Origin: an uncultured Bacteroidia bacterium
GTDB lineage: Bacteria > Bacteroidota > Bacteroidia > J057 > JADKCL01
Assembly (NCBI GenBank): GCA_964352215.1
Contig: CAYGRE010000016.1
Location: 419-64,418, forward strand
Direction of reading: 5' to 3'
DNA: 64,000 nt
Shown here: piece after piece, positions 20,301 through 28,146 of the stretch
Numbering within the stretch: position 1 is the first letter of the stretch
Layout: the number at the start of each line of letters is the position of its first letter
The notes under the pieces: generated by a model
What the model was told of the DNA's origin: nothing
What the model saw: only the letters and a program-made list of their open reading frames with translations
Databases searched by the model: none
Translations under genes and position numbers: made by a program

Positions 20301-20538
20301 GCTGCGGCACAACCGGGAGGTGATGACGCCGAGTGGTGGGACTTACTGTCCGGATCGCCTGATTCTGGATGACAAGAAAGCCACGGTGATCAATTTTGTG
20401 GATGCAGACCGCGGGACCACCGACCGCGAAGCGATGGAAGCTTATGTCGAAACCCTTAAGGATATGGGTTATGGGCCGGTTCAGGCTTATGTTGCCTATC
20501 TCCCGCTGGGGAATGCCGAATTGGTGGCTGGGGATTGA
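17317..20538 (+). CDS. UvrD/Rep-family helicase with a C-terminal PD-(D/E)XK-like domain (AddA-like)
   Basis: Start re-set to the ATG at 17317 (MNSTPSIPKIYKSSAGSGKTFTL, Walker A). Further blocks: ILAITFTNKAAGEMKERI, LLDEFQDTS, VGDSKQAIYRWRGG, TIHKSKGLEFP. The track start at 17029 runs antisense through the ACP gene. Confidence 0.9.
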   Translation: MNSTPSIPKIYKSSAGSGKTFTLVKEYLSIVLKQPEEYRNILAITFTNKAAGEMKERIIRELKQMASGKASPMREMLKEITQLPEATLSANARRTLSFILHNYANFAVSTIDAFTYRIIRNFSRDLDLPSKFDVETDTKALTQRMVDQLMDSIGREDYITQILVHFAEEKLRDESGWKIDGDIVNVAEELFKEGSKAPLQTLQTLEPDEFIRFIDFMKVLRDTYPEKMAEFGLRAMEMIRAANLGIDDFKGKSRGGVATVFLKIQTKQSPGDYDGILNGRYFAKAVEADEWTSDKSRASDIDALLANGLRSLIDEMMDYHATHFDSYMTAFHAYQNIHSLAVLREIEELMAEYKEQHNLVHISEFQNRISDFIQSEETDYIFWRLGERFHHYLLDEFQDTSILQWLNLSPLFENILAGQQEGNLLLVGDSKQAIYRWRGGEIDLMEQIAPAQLEVEPHVLGQNFRSLEYVVDFNNRFFGAVRNVLHANERVRQIYTDFEQAIGPGLDGGGLVQLALLEGKNKSEFQEVALDRTETLIHSLIAQGYHYRDIAILVRGKTEGSTIAQFLNEKGIRVISSEAILLSRAPVINFIASLFKFLVTPRDRIAQVEVLHYYFSYLESGEVAELEEGNLNALEDFFEETQAQTRVREILQSEKPITAIFEALPDGFKRLSYQLDRLPLYELAEQILQIFELKERSQAYLQHFLDLILQYSERSKPDLTGFLEFWEEQKGKTSVTVPEGEDAVEILTIHKSKGLEFPVVLLPFCNWEMALRSRHTFWAKARDGFEEYPDTYLIAPKKELSNSRFQEDYQMELERTMLDHVNMLYVAFTRPQERLYIYAPIWERGKSNADPGIEKITDVGRLLNLVMEEPGFDEGGNKIYETGIPEPPRRKEDASFAISASEFLSESWRDRIRIERRFRKFWESGSGGKAKNIQTGTLMAEVLRRLTEDDEVPLVLNALQEEGLVTETHKGTLGKLIDALMEKEPFKEWFAQGRPLRHNREVMTPSGGTYCPDRLILDDKKATVINFVDADRGTTDREAMEAYVETLKDMGYGPVQAYVAYLPLGNAELVAGD

Positions 20539-20574
20539 GATCATTCCCAACAAAAGCCTTAAATTAACCGCTTC

Positions 20575-22425
20575 ATGCAGCACAACGAGGAAAACATTCT
20601 TGAGGTTCGTGGTCTTGTGACCCGGTTTCACACTGAGGAGGGGATGGTTGAGGCGGTTAAGGGTTCCAGCTTTGACCTGAAAAAGGGGGAAACGATTGGA
20701 ATTGTAGGTGAATCGGGTTCGGGCAAATCGGTTTCAGCCTTGTCCATCATGAGCCTGATTCCTCAGCCTCCGGGAGAAATTGCCGCTGGTGAGATTTGGT
20801 TCAATTCCCCTACGCTGGGATGGATTGACCTGCTTCAATTGGATTCCAACCGACTGCGCGGGGTTCGGGGCAATGAAATCTCTATGATCTTTCAGGAGCC
20901 AATGACTTCACTCAACCCGGTATTCACCTGTGGATCTCAGGTGGTCGAAGTCCTGGTCCTCCACCAGAAAATGTCGAAAGACGCAGCCAAGCAGCGGACG
21001 ATTGAATTGTTCAAGCAGGTTCAACTCCCCCGTCCGGATGGTATTTTTCGTTCCTACCCCCATGAGATATCGGGTGGTCAGAAGCAGCGGGTGATGATTG
21101 CGATGGCGATGGCCTGCAACCCTTCCATCCTGATTGCGGACGAACCGACGACGGCACTCGATGTTACGGTCCAGAAGACGATTCTGGAACTGATGCGGGA
21201 ACTCCAGGTGGAGCGGGACATGGCGATCTTATTCATTACCCACGACCTTGGGGTGGTTGCTGAAATCGCTGACCGGGTGCTGGTGATGTACAAAGGGAAT
21301 ATTGTGGAACATGGTTCCGTGATGGATATCTTCAGGAATCCTCAGCATCCTTATACCAAGGGCCTGCTGGCCTGTCGGCCAAGGATGGACGTGCGGATGC
21401 GTATCCTGCCTACGATTGGCGACTTCATGGAGGAGGAGAATGGGGAGGTAAAGGAGATCGCCGGAAATGTGGAAGAGGTGGTACAGGCCGCGGTTGTTTC
21501 AGACGCGCAAACGCAGGAAAGGGTGGCGCAACTTCAGACTCAGGATCCCATTCTGGAGGTGCATAATCTGAAGACCTGGTTCCCGATCAGGTCGGGGATT
21601 CTGAACCGAAAAACCGAATATGTGAAGGCGGTGGACGACGTCAGTTTCAAGGTCTATCCTGGTGAGACGATGGGTCTGGTCGGGGAGTCCGGCTGCGGGA
21701 AAACAACCCTCGGGAGGAGTATTCTCCGACTTGTGGAACCTACGGCTGGCAAGGTGATATTTGAGGGGAATGACTTGACTGCATTCTCCGAAAGACAGCT
21801 CCGTTCGGTGCGAAAGGACATCCAGATTATTTTTCAGGATCCGTACAGTTCTCTCAATCCCCGGATCACGGTTGGCAATGCAATTTTGGAGCCGATGAAG
21901 GTCCACAAATTGTATGGCAACGATGAAAACCGGAGAAAAAAAGTGTATGATCTTCTGGACAGAGTCAACCTTTCCCGGGAACATTTCAACCGTTATCCAC
22001 ATGAGTTTTCAGGGGGTCAAAGGCAGCGGATTTGCATTGCCAGAGCCCTTGCGGTCGAGCCTAAATTTATCATTTGTGATGAGTCGGTCTCGGCCCTTGA
22101 TGTTTCGGTACAGGCCCAGGTCCTGAACCTGTTATTGGAGCTCCGACGGGAGTTTGGCTTTACCTATATCTTCATCTCCCACGACCTGTCGGTGGTTAAG
22201 TTTATGAGCGACCGGATGATCGTGATGAACAAGGGGAAGATCGAAGAGATGGGGGCCGCGGATGCCATCTATGCCCATCCACAAATGGAGTACACCCGCA
22301 CCCTGATCAATTCCATTCCCAAAGGTGACTTAAGTACCATTGAGAAAAACACCGCTATCAGGAAGGCAAGAAGCAAGCGGAGAACGGGTAATATTTCTCC
22401 TACCCAAAATACCGAATCCATATAA
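20575..22425 (+). CDS. ABC transporter ATP-binding protein with duplicated ATPase domains (Dpp/Opp-type, YejF-like)
   Basis: 616 aa. Two Walker A motifs ([16 protein letters not shown]), two signatures ([16 protein letters not shown]), two Walker B motifs ([22 protein letters not shown]). Confidence 0.92.
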   Translation: MQHNEENILEVRGLVTRFHTEEGMVEAVKGSSFDLKKGETIGIVGESGSGKSVSALSIMSLIPQPPGEIAAGEIWFNSPTLGWIDLLQLDSNRLRGVRGNEISMIFQEPMTSLNPVFTCGSQVVEVLVLHQKMSKDAAKQRTIELFKQVQLPRPDGIFRSYPHEISGGQKQRVMIAMAMACNPSILIADEPTTALDVTVQKTILELMRELQVERDMAILFITHDLGVVAEIADRVLVMYKGNIVEHGSVMDIFRNPQHPYTKGLLACRPRMDVRMRILPTIGDFMEEENGEVKEIAGNVEEVVQAAVVSDAQTQERVAQLQTQDPILEVHNLKTWFPIRSGILNRKTEYVKAVDDVSFKVYPGETMGLVGESGCGKTTLGRSILRLVEPTAGKVIFEGNDLTAFSERQLRSVRKDIQIIFQDPYSSLNPRITVGNAILEPMKVHKLYGNDENRRKKVYDLLDRVNLSREHFNRYPHEFSGGQRQRICIARALAVEPKFIICDESVSALDVSVQAQVLNLLLELRREFGFTYIFISHDLSVVKFMSDRMIVMNKGKIEEMGAADAIYAHPQMEYTRTLINSIPKGDLSTIEKNTAIRKARSKRRTGNISPTQNTESI

Positions 22426-23572
22426 TCTTTTTTCCGATCTCTCTTTACAGTGCTGTTCTTCGTTGACCAGAACTTGACTGCATGCGTCGCTGTTTTGTTG
22501 ATGGATGCAACCGATAGAGATGGCAATTTTCCTTTCCCGGTGGTGGTAAGGGAATCAGGTAATCCCGGTTTTCTGCTGGCTGATTTTTCTGAAATCATGT
22601 GTCGTGAGCGAGCTGGTTGCTGATCGATTTTCAATCGTTATCCAGTCGGTGGGCAATCGTTTTCCAGTCGCTTGTCATTCGCATTCCTTTCACTTTTCGA
22701 TCGCCTGGCAATCGCAGGCCCGCGTGTGTCACCTCACTTGATCGGAGTCAAATCTGCCTCGGCGGTCGGGGCCAGCCTCAAATTCTGTCCGGTCCATTGC
22801 TGATCATTATGGGCAATCGGCCTCTCGATCACTAAGCACTGTATATCAAGTATATAATGTACATAATGAATATTTATTCACCTTAGAGGGGCACCTGGAG
22901 TTGCCATTCTAATGCACTCTCAAGAAACCTCACCTATCTATCAATTTCCCTATAAATGTATTCATAATCAGCACATTAGTACATATTTGGTAAAGTACTA
23001 ATTGAGACCTCTCAATCCAGCCCCCCTTTTCCTGGTCTCTTCCTGATCTCAGCCTGCATTTTTGACATCACCAGCCGGATCGCCTCCCCTAAATTCGCCT
23101 GACGCCTCTGCGCTCTAACTATTCTCTTTCTGTTCCCACTCTACTCCTCCCCTGATCTCACCCTAGGATTTTCATTGCAAAATTCCTCCTCGCACAGCAA
23201 CGGTTTTCAGCATCCCTGCCCTATTGGTCAACCGGGAAAACCGAGACGCTTCCGTACTCAATTTTCTCGTTGGCGGCAGGCTTTCAAGGTGCCCACTCCC
23301 TCTTACTACAAAGTGGTTTTCTTTTCTGTGCTGGGTCCTGGCTTGCGCAGTTAGGATTGGCAAAAGATTCCTGAGCTTATCGAACCCTCCCAATATTCTC
23401 CCGGTGAATGCGTAAGATTTTAAGCACTGGTATTCATATTCTCCCCTCTCCCCGATCAAAGATTCTTTGGGTCCGCAATCGAGAAGTCCAGACCCCATTC
23501 TTAATACATGAAACTTTTTTCATATATTCGCGTTTACCCTGAAAGACGTTACCCAAATCAAGGTATAAGTAA

Positions 23573-24370
23573 ATGGAAAAAGAAAACCTCGACTTCTCCG
23601 CTGACGTAATTTCCCGCAGTCAAGAAGTACCCGTATTGGTTGATTTCTGGTCGCCCTCTTGCGGCCCCTGCCTCTTCCTCGGCCCGGTGCTTGAGAAGTT
23701 GGCTTCAGAGGCTGACGGAAAGTGGGAGCTTGTGAAAGTGAACACCATGTTCAATCAGGAACTGGCCATGCAATATCAGATCTCCTCTATCCCGGCTGTC
23801 AAACTTTTCCACAAAGGAAAAGTGATCAATGAATTTGTCGGTGCGCTGCCTGAAGGAACGCTTCGGAAGTGGTTGGACGAATTTCTCCCGGACGAAAGGA
23901 AAGATGAGCTGAATACCATTCTGGAAGGCTTCCAGCAGGACCGTACTTTAGGCCTGGCGAAGCTGCGTGGATTTATCAATGACAACCCGGATCTGCATAT
24001 TGCCAAGCTGACTTTGGCTGGAGAATTGTTGTTCGAATCTCCGGGAGAAGCCAGGGATTTGGTGAACGAAATTCCCCGCGAGCACCTGCTCTATGACAAC
24101 GCTGAGAATGTCAAAGTTCTGGCTGAAATCATGGTCTTTGAAACCGATCAGGAAGGACCTGTCTACGACAAGCTCAACGCCACCAAAGAAGCGTTGTCCA
24201 ATAAGGATTTCGAGTTGGCAGTTGAGAAAATCATCGAGGCGGTTGAGGATGACAAAAATGCCGCTGATGAATTGCCTCGTCGTGGAGCGGTTGCGCTCTT
24301 CCGTCTCTTCGGAATGCAGCATCCACTCACCCAGAAATTCAGAAGGAAATTTGAGATGGCTCTTTATTGA
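23573..24370 (+). CDS. Thioredoxin-domain protein with a C-terminal TPR-like helical domain (YbbN/CnoX-like)
   Basis: 265 aa. VLVDFWSPSCGPCLFLGPVLEKL contains an intact CGPC active site and is followed by a ~150-aa all-helical region. Confidence 0.85.
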   Translation: MEKENLDFSADVISRSQEVPVLVDFWSPSCGPCLFLGPVLEKLASEADGKWELVKVNTMFNQELAMQYQISSIPAVKLFHKGKVINEFVGALPEGTLRKWLDEFLPDERKDELNTILEGFQQDRTLGLAKLRGFINDNPDLHIAKLTLAGELLFESPGEARDLVNEIPREHLLYDNAENVKVLAEIMVFETDQEGPVYDKLNATKEALSNKDFELAVEKIIEAVEDDKNAADELPRRGAVALFRLFGMQHPLTQKFRRKFEMALY

Positions 24371-24627
24371 GTCGGACCGAGCATAGAAATATTTTGGCAA
24401 CCGGCCCTGGTGTTCATTCATCAGGGCCGGTTTGTGTTTTAAGGACCCTTGTTGATACTTCAGGGCCGATTGATTTTGTTGCCCGGATTTTGATTTTCTC
24501 CTGTCTAGATTCAATTTAAAGTGACGTGAAGAAACATAGGACCAGAGAATCTAGACAGTCCTTTGACACTACGGACAAAAAGAACGATATTGTAAGAGAT
24601 GCTTTTCCACCAATCAATTGAAGCTCT

Positions 24628-26646
24628 ATGAAAAAACTTCTACTATTATTTTTGCTTTGCGCAGGTGCTGTCTCGACTTACGGACAGTCCTACTATTACA
24701 TTGCTGAGACTGGCACAGAGGCTCCCTACTTTTTTGATGAGCCCGGAGTCGATCTCCTGACCTCTGGCAACGAAGTCCTTTCTTCCTGGACCAATATTGG
24801 TTTTACCTGGAACTTTTATGGACAAGCCGTTACCGGGTTTTATGCCTCTGAAAATGGATATATCACTTTTGACCAATCTTCCACGGTCAGTGATCCTAAC
24901 AATACGACTATCCCAGCTGCAGGGGGTCCAAACAATGCCATTTATGCATTTTGGGATGACTTGACCTTTGGCTCACAGGCTTCTGTCCGGACCTGGAAAA
25001 TCGGGGTTACCCCCAACCAGATCAGATGCGTACAGTGGGAGAATATGATTCCAAGTGGCGGTTCTGGTTCATTCACGACGACCTTAAGGATCTATGAAGG
25101 TGGCGATTTCGACATTGTTCAGGACATTGCTTCCGGTGCGACTTTCACTTCCAGCGGTACGGTTGGTTGTGAAGATGCCAGCGGTACAGATGGCACCACT
25201 TTTGGAAGTGCTCCTAATACGCAGTTCCTCGACAATACCTCTGATAACAATGATGACAATATCTACCTGTACATCAATGGTACCCAGCAGGCGTATGACC
25301 TTTCTATGGAAGGCCTCAACCTGTCTCCTACCCTTTCAGCTGGTAGCCATACAATTTCCGGACGGGTACGGAACTATGGTTCGAACAGTGTTTCTTCTCT
25401 GAAGATCAAGTACCAGTTGGACAACGAGCCCATTCAGGAATCCTCTGCCAACACCCTTACCCTGACGCAGAATGGTGGCAAGTATGACTGGGTTCACGGC
25501 ACTCAGATCAACCTTCCCAACTCAGGAACTTTCCATACTTTGAAGGTTTGGGCCGACATCAACGGTCAGGTTGACGGAGACAATAGCAACGACACTCTCG
25601 AGATGGACCTCATTGTGATCCTGGGCATCACTGCTCAGAAGAAGTTTCTGATTGAAAAAGCTACTGCAACCTGGTGTGGCTATTGCCCCGCTGGCGACCT
25701 TGGGGTTGATACCTGTTATGCCTACTATCCGGATCAGATTGTTGCAGTCAGCCACCATACCGGTGATGCTTATGACGCCAACACTGCTTATCCAAGCTTC
25801 TATAAGGTCAGTGGTATCCCAACCAGTTGGCTCGACCGCTCTGGAGGAACCTTTAACAGCGAGCCAAAGCTCTACCCTACTGGTCTTCCAGGTGCAGTTG
25901 GTGCAAGGATTAACCAAACTGCTCCGGTTGACATCCGTCTCTTCAGCCAATATGACCCTGGTACCCGCACGGTAACTGGTCAGGCGCTGGCCGATTTTGT
26001 TGACTACGCGATTGGTGATCTCCGGATCGTAGTTCTGGTTGTGGAAGACGATATCATTGCCGACCAGGCCAACTTCTTTGCCGGAGAACCCGGTCACCCC
26101 TTCGAAAATTTCCCCTCTACCATTACCGGTTACGAGCACGATCACACGATGCGGGTGGCTCCCCTCGGCGAATGGGGCAATGCAGGAACCATTCCTGCCT
26201 TGGTCCTTCCCAACGATTCATACATGGAGAACTTTAGTTTCACTGTGCCTACCACCTGGAATGTGAACAATCTTCATCTTGTTGGTATGGTTATGAACTA
26301 CAATGCTGACTACCGTAAGCAGAATGTCCTGAATGCTACTGAAGAGGTATTTGACAATGGTGTGGCTACGGTTGACCCGGTTGAAGAAACCCGTATTGTT
26401 GATGTTTTCCCCAATCCTGTCAATACTATGGGTGCTGTTCGTATGGAATTCTCCAAGACAACTGCAGCCAGCTTTGCCCTCTATGACATCTATGGCAAGA
26501 AGGTACAGGACATCCACAATTCACGCTTTGTACCTGGTATCCACCATGTATATTTCGATGCTTCCGAGCTCGCCAATGGTGTCTACCTGCTTCAGGTTAA
26601 TACTGAAAAAGGTACGCTTAGCCAGCGTGTAGTGGTTGCCCACTGA
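24628..26646 (+). CDS. Secreted protein with a thioredoxin-like/Omp28-related region and a type-A T9SS C-terminal sorting domain
   Basis: 672 aa with a signal peptide. ATATWCGYCPAGD motif. C-terminal tail VDVFPNPVNTMGAVRMEF..FALYDIYGKKV..ASELANGVYLLQV. Confidence 0.8.
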   Translation: MKKLLLLFLLCAGAVSTYGQSYYYIAETGTEAPYFFDEPGVDLLTSGNEVLSSWTNIGFTWNFYGQAVTGFYASENGYITFDQSSTVSDPNNTTIPAAGGPNNAIYAFWDDLTFGSQASVRTWKIGVTPNQIRCVQWENMIPSGGSGSFTTTLRIYEGGDFDIVQDIASGATFTSSGTVGCEDASGTDGTTFGSAPNTQFLDNTSDNNDDNIYLYINGTQQAYDLSMEGLNLSPTLSAGSHTISGRVRNYGSNSVSSLKIKYQLDNEPIQESSANTLTLTQNGGKYDWVHGTQINLPNSGTFHTLKVWADINGQVDGDNSNDTLEMDLIVILGITAQKKFLIEKATATWCGYCPAGDLGVDTCYAYYPDQIVAVSHHTGDAYDANTAYPSFYKVSGIPTSWLDRSGGTFNSEPKLYPTGLPGAVGARINQTAPVDIRLFSQYDPGTRTVTGQALADFVDYAIGDLRIVVLVVEDDIIADQANFFAGEPGHPFENFPSTITGYEHDHTMRVAPLGEWGNAGTIPALVLPNDSYMENFSFTVPTTWNVNNLHLVGMVMNYNADYRKQNVLNATEEVFDNGVATVDPVEETRIVDVFPNPVNTMGAVRMEFSKTTAASFALYDIYGKKVQDIHNSRFVPGIHHVYFDASELANGVYLLQVNTEKGTLSQRVVVAH

Positions 26647-26668
26647 TAAATACGATTTACTCTGTATA

Positions 26669-26708
26669 ACAGAAGAAGCTGTCCTTTTGGGACAGCTTCT
26701 TCTGTTTT
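26669..26708 (+). terminator. Rho-independent terminator
   Basis: ACAGAAGAAGCTGTCC-TTTT-GGGACAGCTTCTTCTGTTTT. A perfect 16-bp stem plus a T-run, 23 nt after the stop codon at 26646. Confidence 0.85.
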
Positions 26709-26861
26709 AGGAGGGCAACCGACTCAACCATGACGAAAGGGCGTACATATCAGGGCAAACCACTGGAGGTAGTGGATGAAAAGGATGGACAGCAAGGGCA
26801 AGATGACTGCGGAAAGGGTAAGGAGGTAACTGGGGATGATTAAGGCTGATCGTTAATAGAA

Positions 26862-28049
26862 TCAACTTCCTCTTCTGCGGACTTCCTTCCGCAACAGTTG
26901 GACTTCGCGGCTGCTTTGTCCTGCAATGGCAGTATTTTCATTGGCTCTGCGGAAGAGGTAGGGAAGTACAGCTTTTACGGGTCCGTAGGGAAGGTATTTG
27001 GCTACGTTATAGCCGTGGTGGGCCAGGTTGAAGGAGATGTTGTCGGACATTCCCAGGAGTTGCGCAAAGAGCACATGGGGATGGCCCGGAGGAATGTTAC
27101 GGTCCTGCATGAGCTTGGTGATCAACAGACAGCTTTCTTCGTTGTGGCTGCCAGCACAGATCGCTACGTGGTCTAAATTGTCTATGCACAGCCTGAGGGC
27201 GGCATTGTAGTCTTTGTCGGTTGCCGCCTTATTGGGCTGCATGGGGGTGGGATAGCCATTTTCTATTGCCCGCTCATTCTCTTTCTCCAGATAAGCACCT
27301 CTCACAAGCTTGACACCTAGGATATAGCCTTTTTCCCTGGATTGCTGGATCAAGCCTCTCAGGTATTCAAGCCGGTCGTGGCGGTAAAGTTGTACAGTAT
27401 GGTAAACGAGGGGCTCCTCTGTGTTGAATCTTTCCATCATTTCCTCGGTCCACCGGTCAATGCCCCTTTGTATCCAACTCTCTTCTGCGTCCACAAAGAC
27501 AGGTTGGCGTAGGTCGTATGATTTCTGGCAAATAGCCTCCAAACGTGCCTTGGAGCGGGTGAGTGAAGCTTCTTCCTTTGTATTCAGTTTTTTGTTGGCG
27601 TCATTCGCTGCCAAATAGCCGAAGTGAGCAATCCCGGTTACCTTCATGGCGGAGAAGGCAACTGCATCATTTTGCGCACCGTGCACCAGGGTTGCTATGA
27701 TCTCATCTCTGGTGGCATCAAATCCCGCATCGGTTTTGGTCCCTTCTACGGAGTAATCAAGGATGGTTTGAACCTTGTTCTGGAAGAGTTCATCGGATCG
27801 CCTGGAGGTGTCTTTCAGAGAAACCCCACCACAAAAAATGTCGAAGATAGTTTTCCTGATCAACCCTTTCAGGGGAAGGCCAATCTTCAAGGCAAAGGTT
27901 ATCATGGGGGGCCCAACCTTTGTCAAAAACGGCGAATCGATCATTTTGAACAAGCGATAAGTACGCTTCAGTTCTTTGTCGCTTTTGTACCCGAAGGCCA
28001 GGCTGGTGTCCTGGAAATCCAGGCCAGACGATTCAATCTTTGTTGCCAT
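26862..28049 (-). CDS. Proline dehydrogenase (stand-alone PRODH domain)
   Basis: 395 aa. Family-like blocks: FVDAEESWIQ, LVRGAYLEKE, FAQLLGMSDNISFNLA, KYLPYGPV..PYLFRRANEN. Confidence 0.85.
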   Translation of the reverse strand: MATKIESSGLDFQDTSLAFGYKSDKELKRTYRLFKMIDSPFLTKVGPPMITFALKIGLPLKGLIRKTIFDIFCGGVSLKDTSRRSDELFQNKVQTILDYSVEGTKTDAGFDATRDEIIATLVHGAQNDAVAFSAMKVTGIAHFGYLAANDANKKLNTKEEASLTRSKARLEAICQKSYDLRQPVFVDAEESWIQRGIDRWTEEMMERFNTEEPLVYHTVQLYRHDRLEYLRGLIQQSREKGYILGVKLVRGAYLEKENERAIENGYPTPMQPNKAATDKDYNAALRLCIDNLDHVAICAGSHNEESCLLITKLMQDRNIPPGHPHVLFAQLLGMSDNISFNLAHHGYNVAKYLPYGPVKAVLPYLFRRANENTAIAGQSSREVQLLRKEVRRRGS

Positions 28050-28146
28050 CTACTAATCAACCAGTGAATGATGCGGAAAGTTAAGAAAATTTGAATGGGA
28101 ACAACTGCCCCAAACGAGCATTTGAAAAATTCATACCTTCGGTGGT

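Noticed and set aside
23172-23498. The 108-aa minus-strand ORF, the 63-aa plus-strand ORF, and a 40-aa ORF at 22501-22623 within the 1.15-kb gap.
   Set aside because: There are no motifs, the composition is odd, and there is no supporting start context. They are not reported as genes, and the region is flagged as non-coding or unknown instead.
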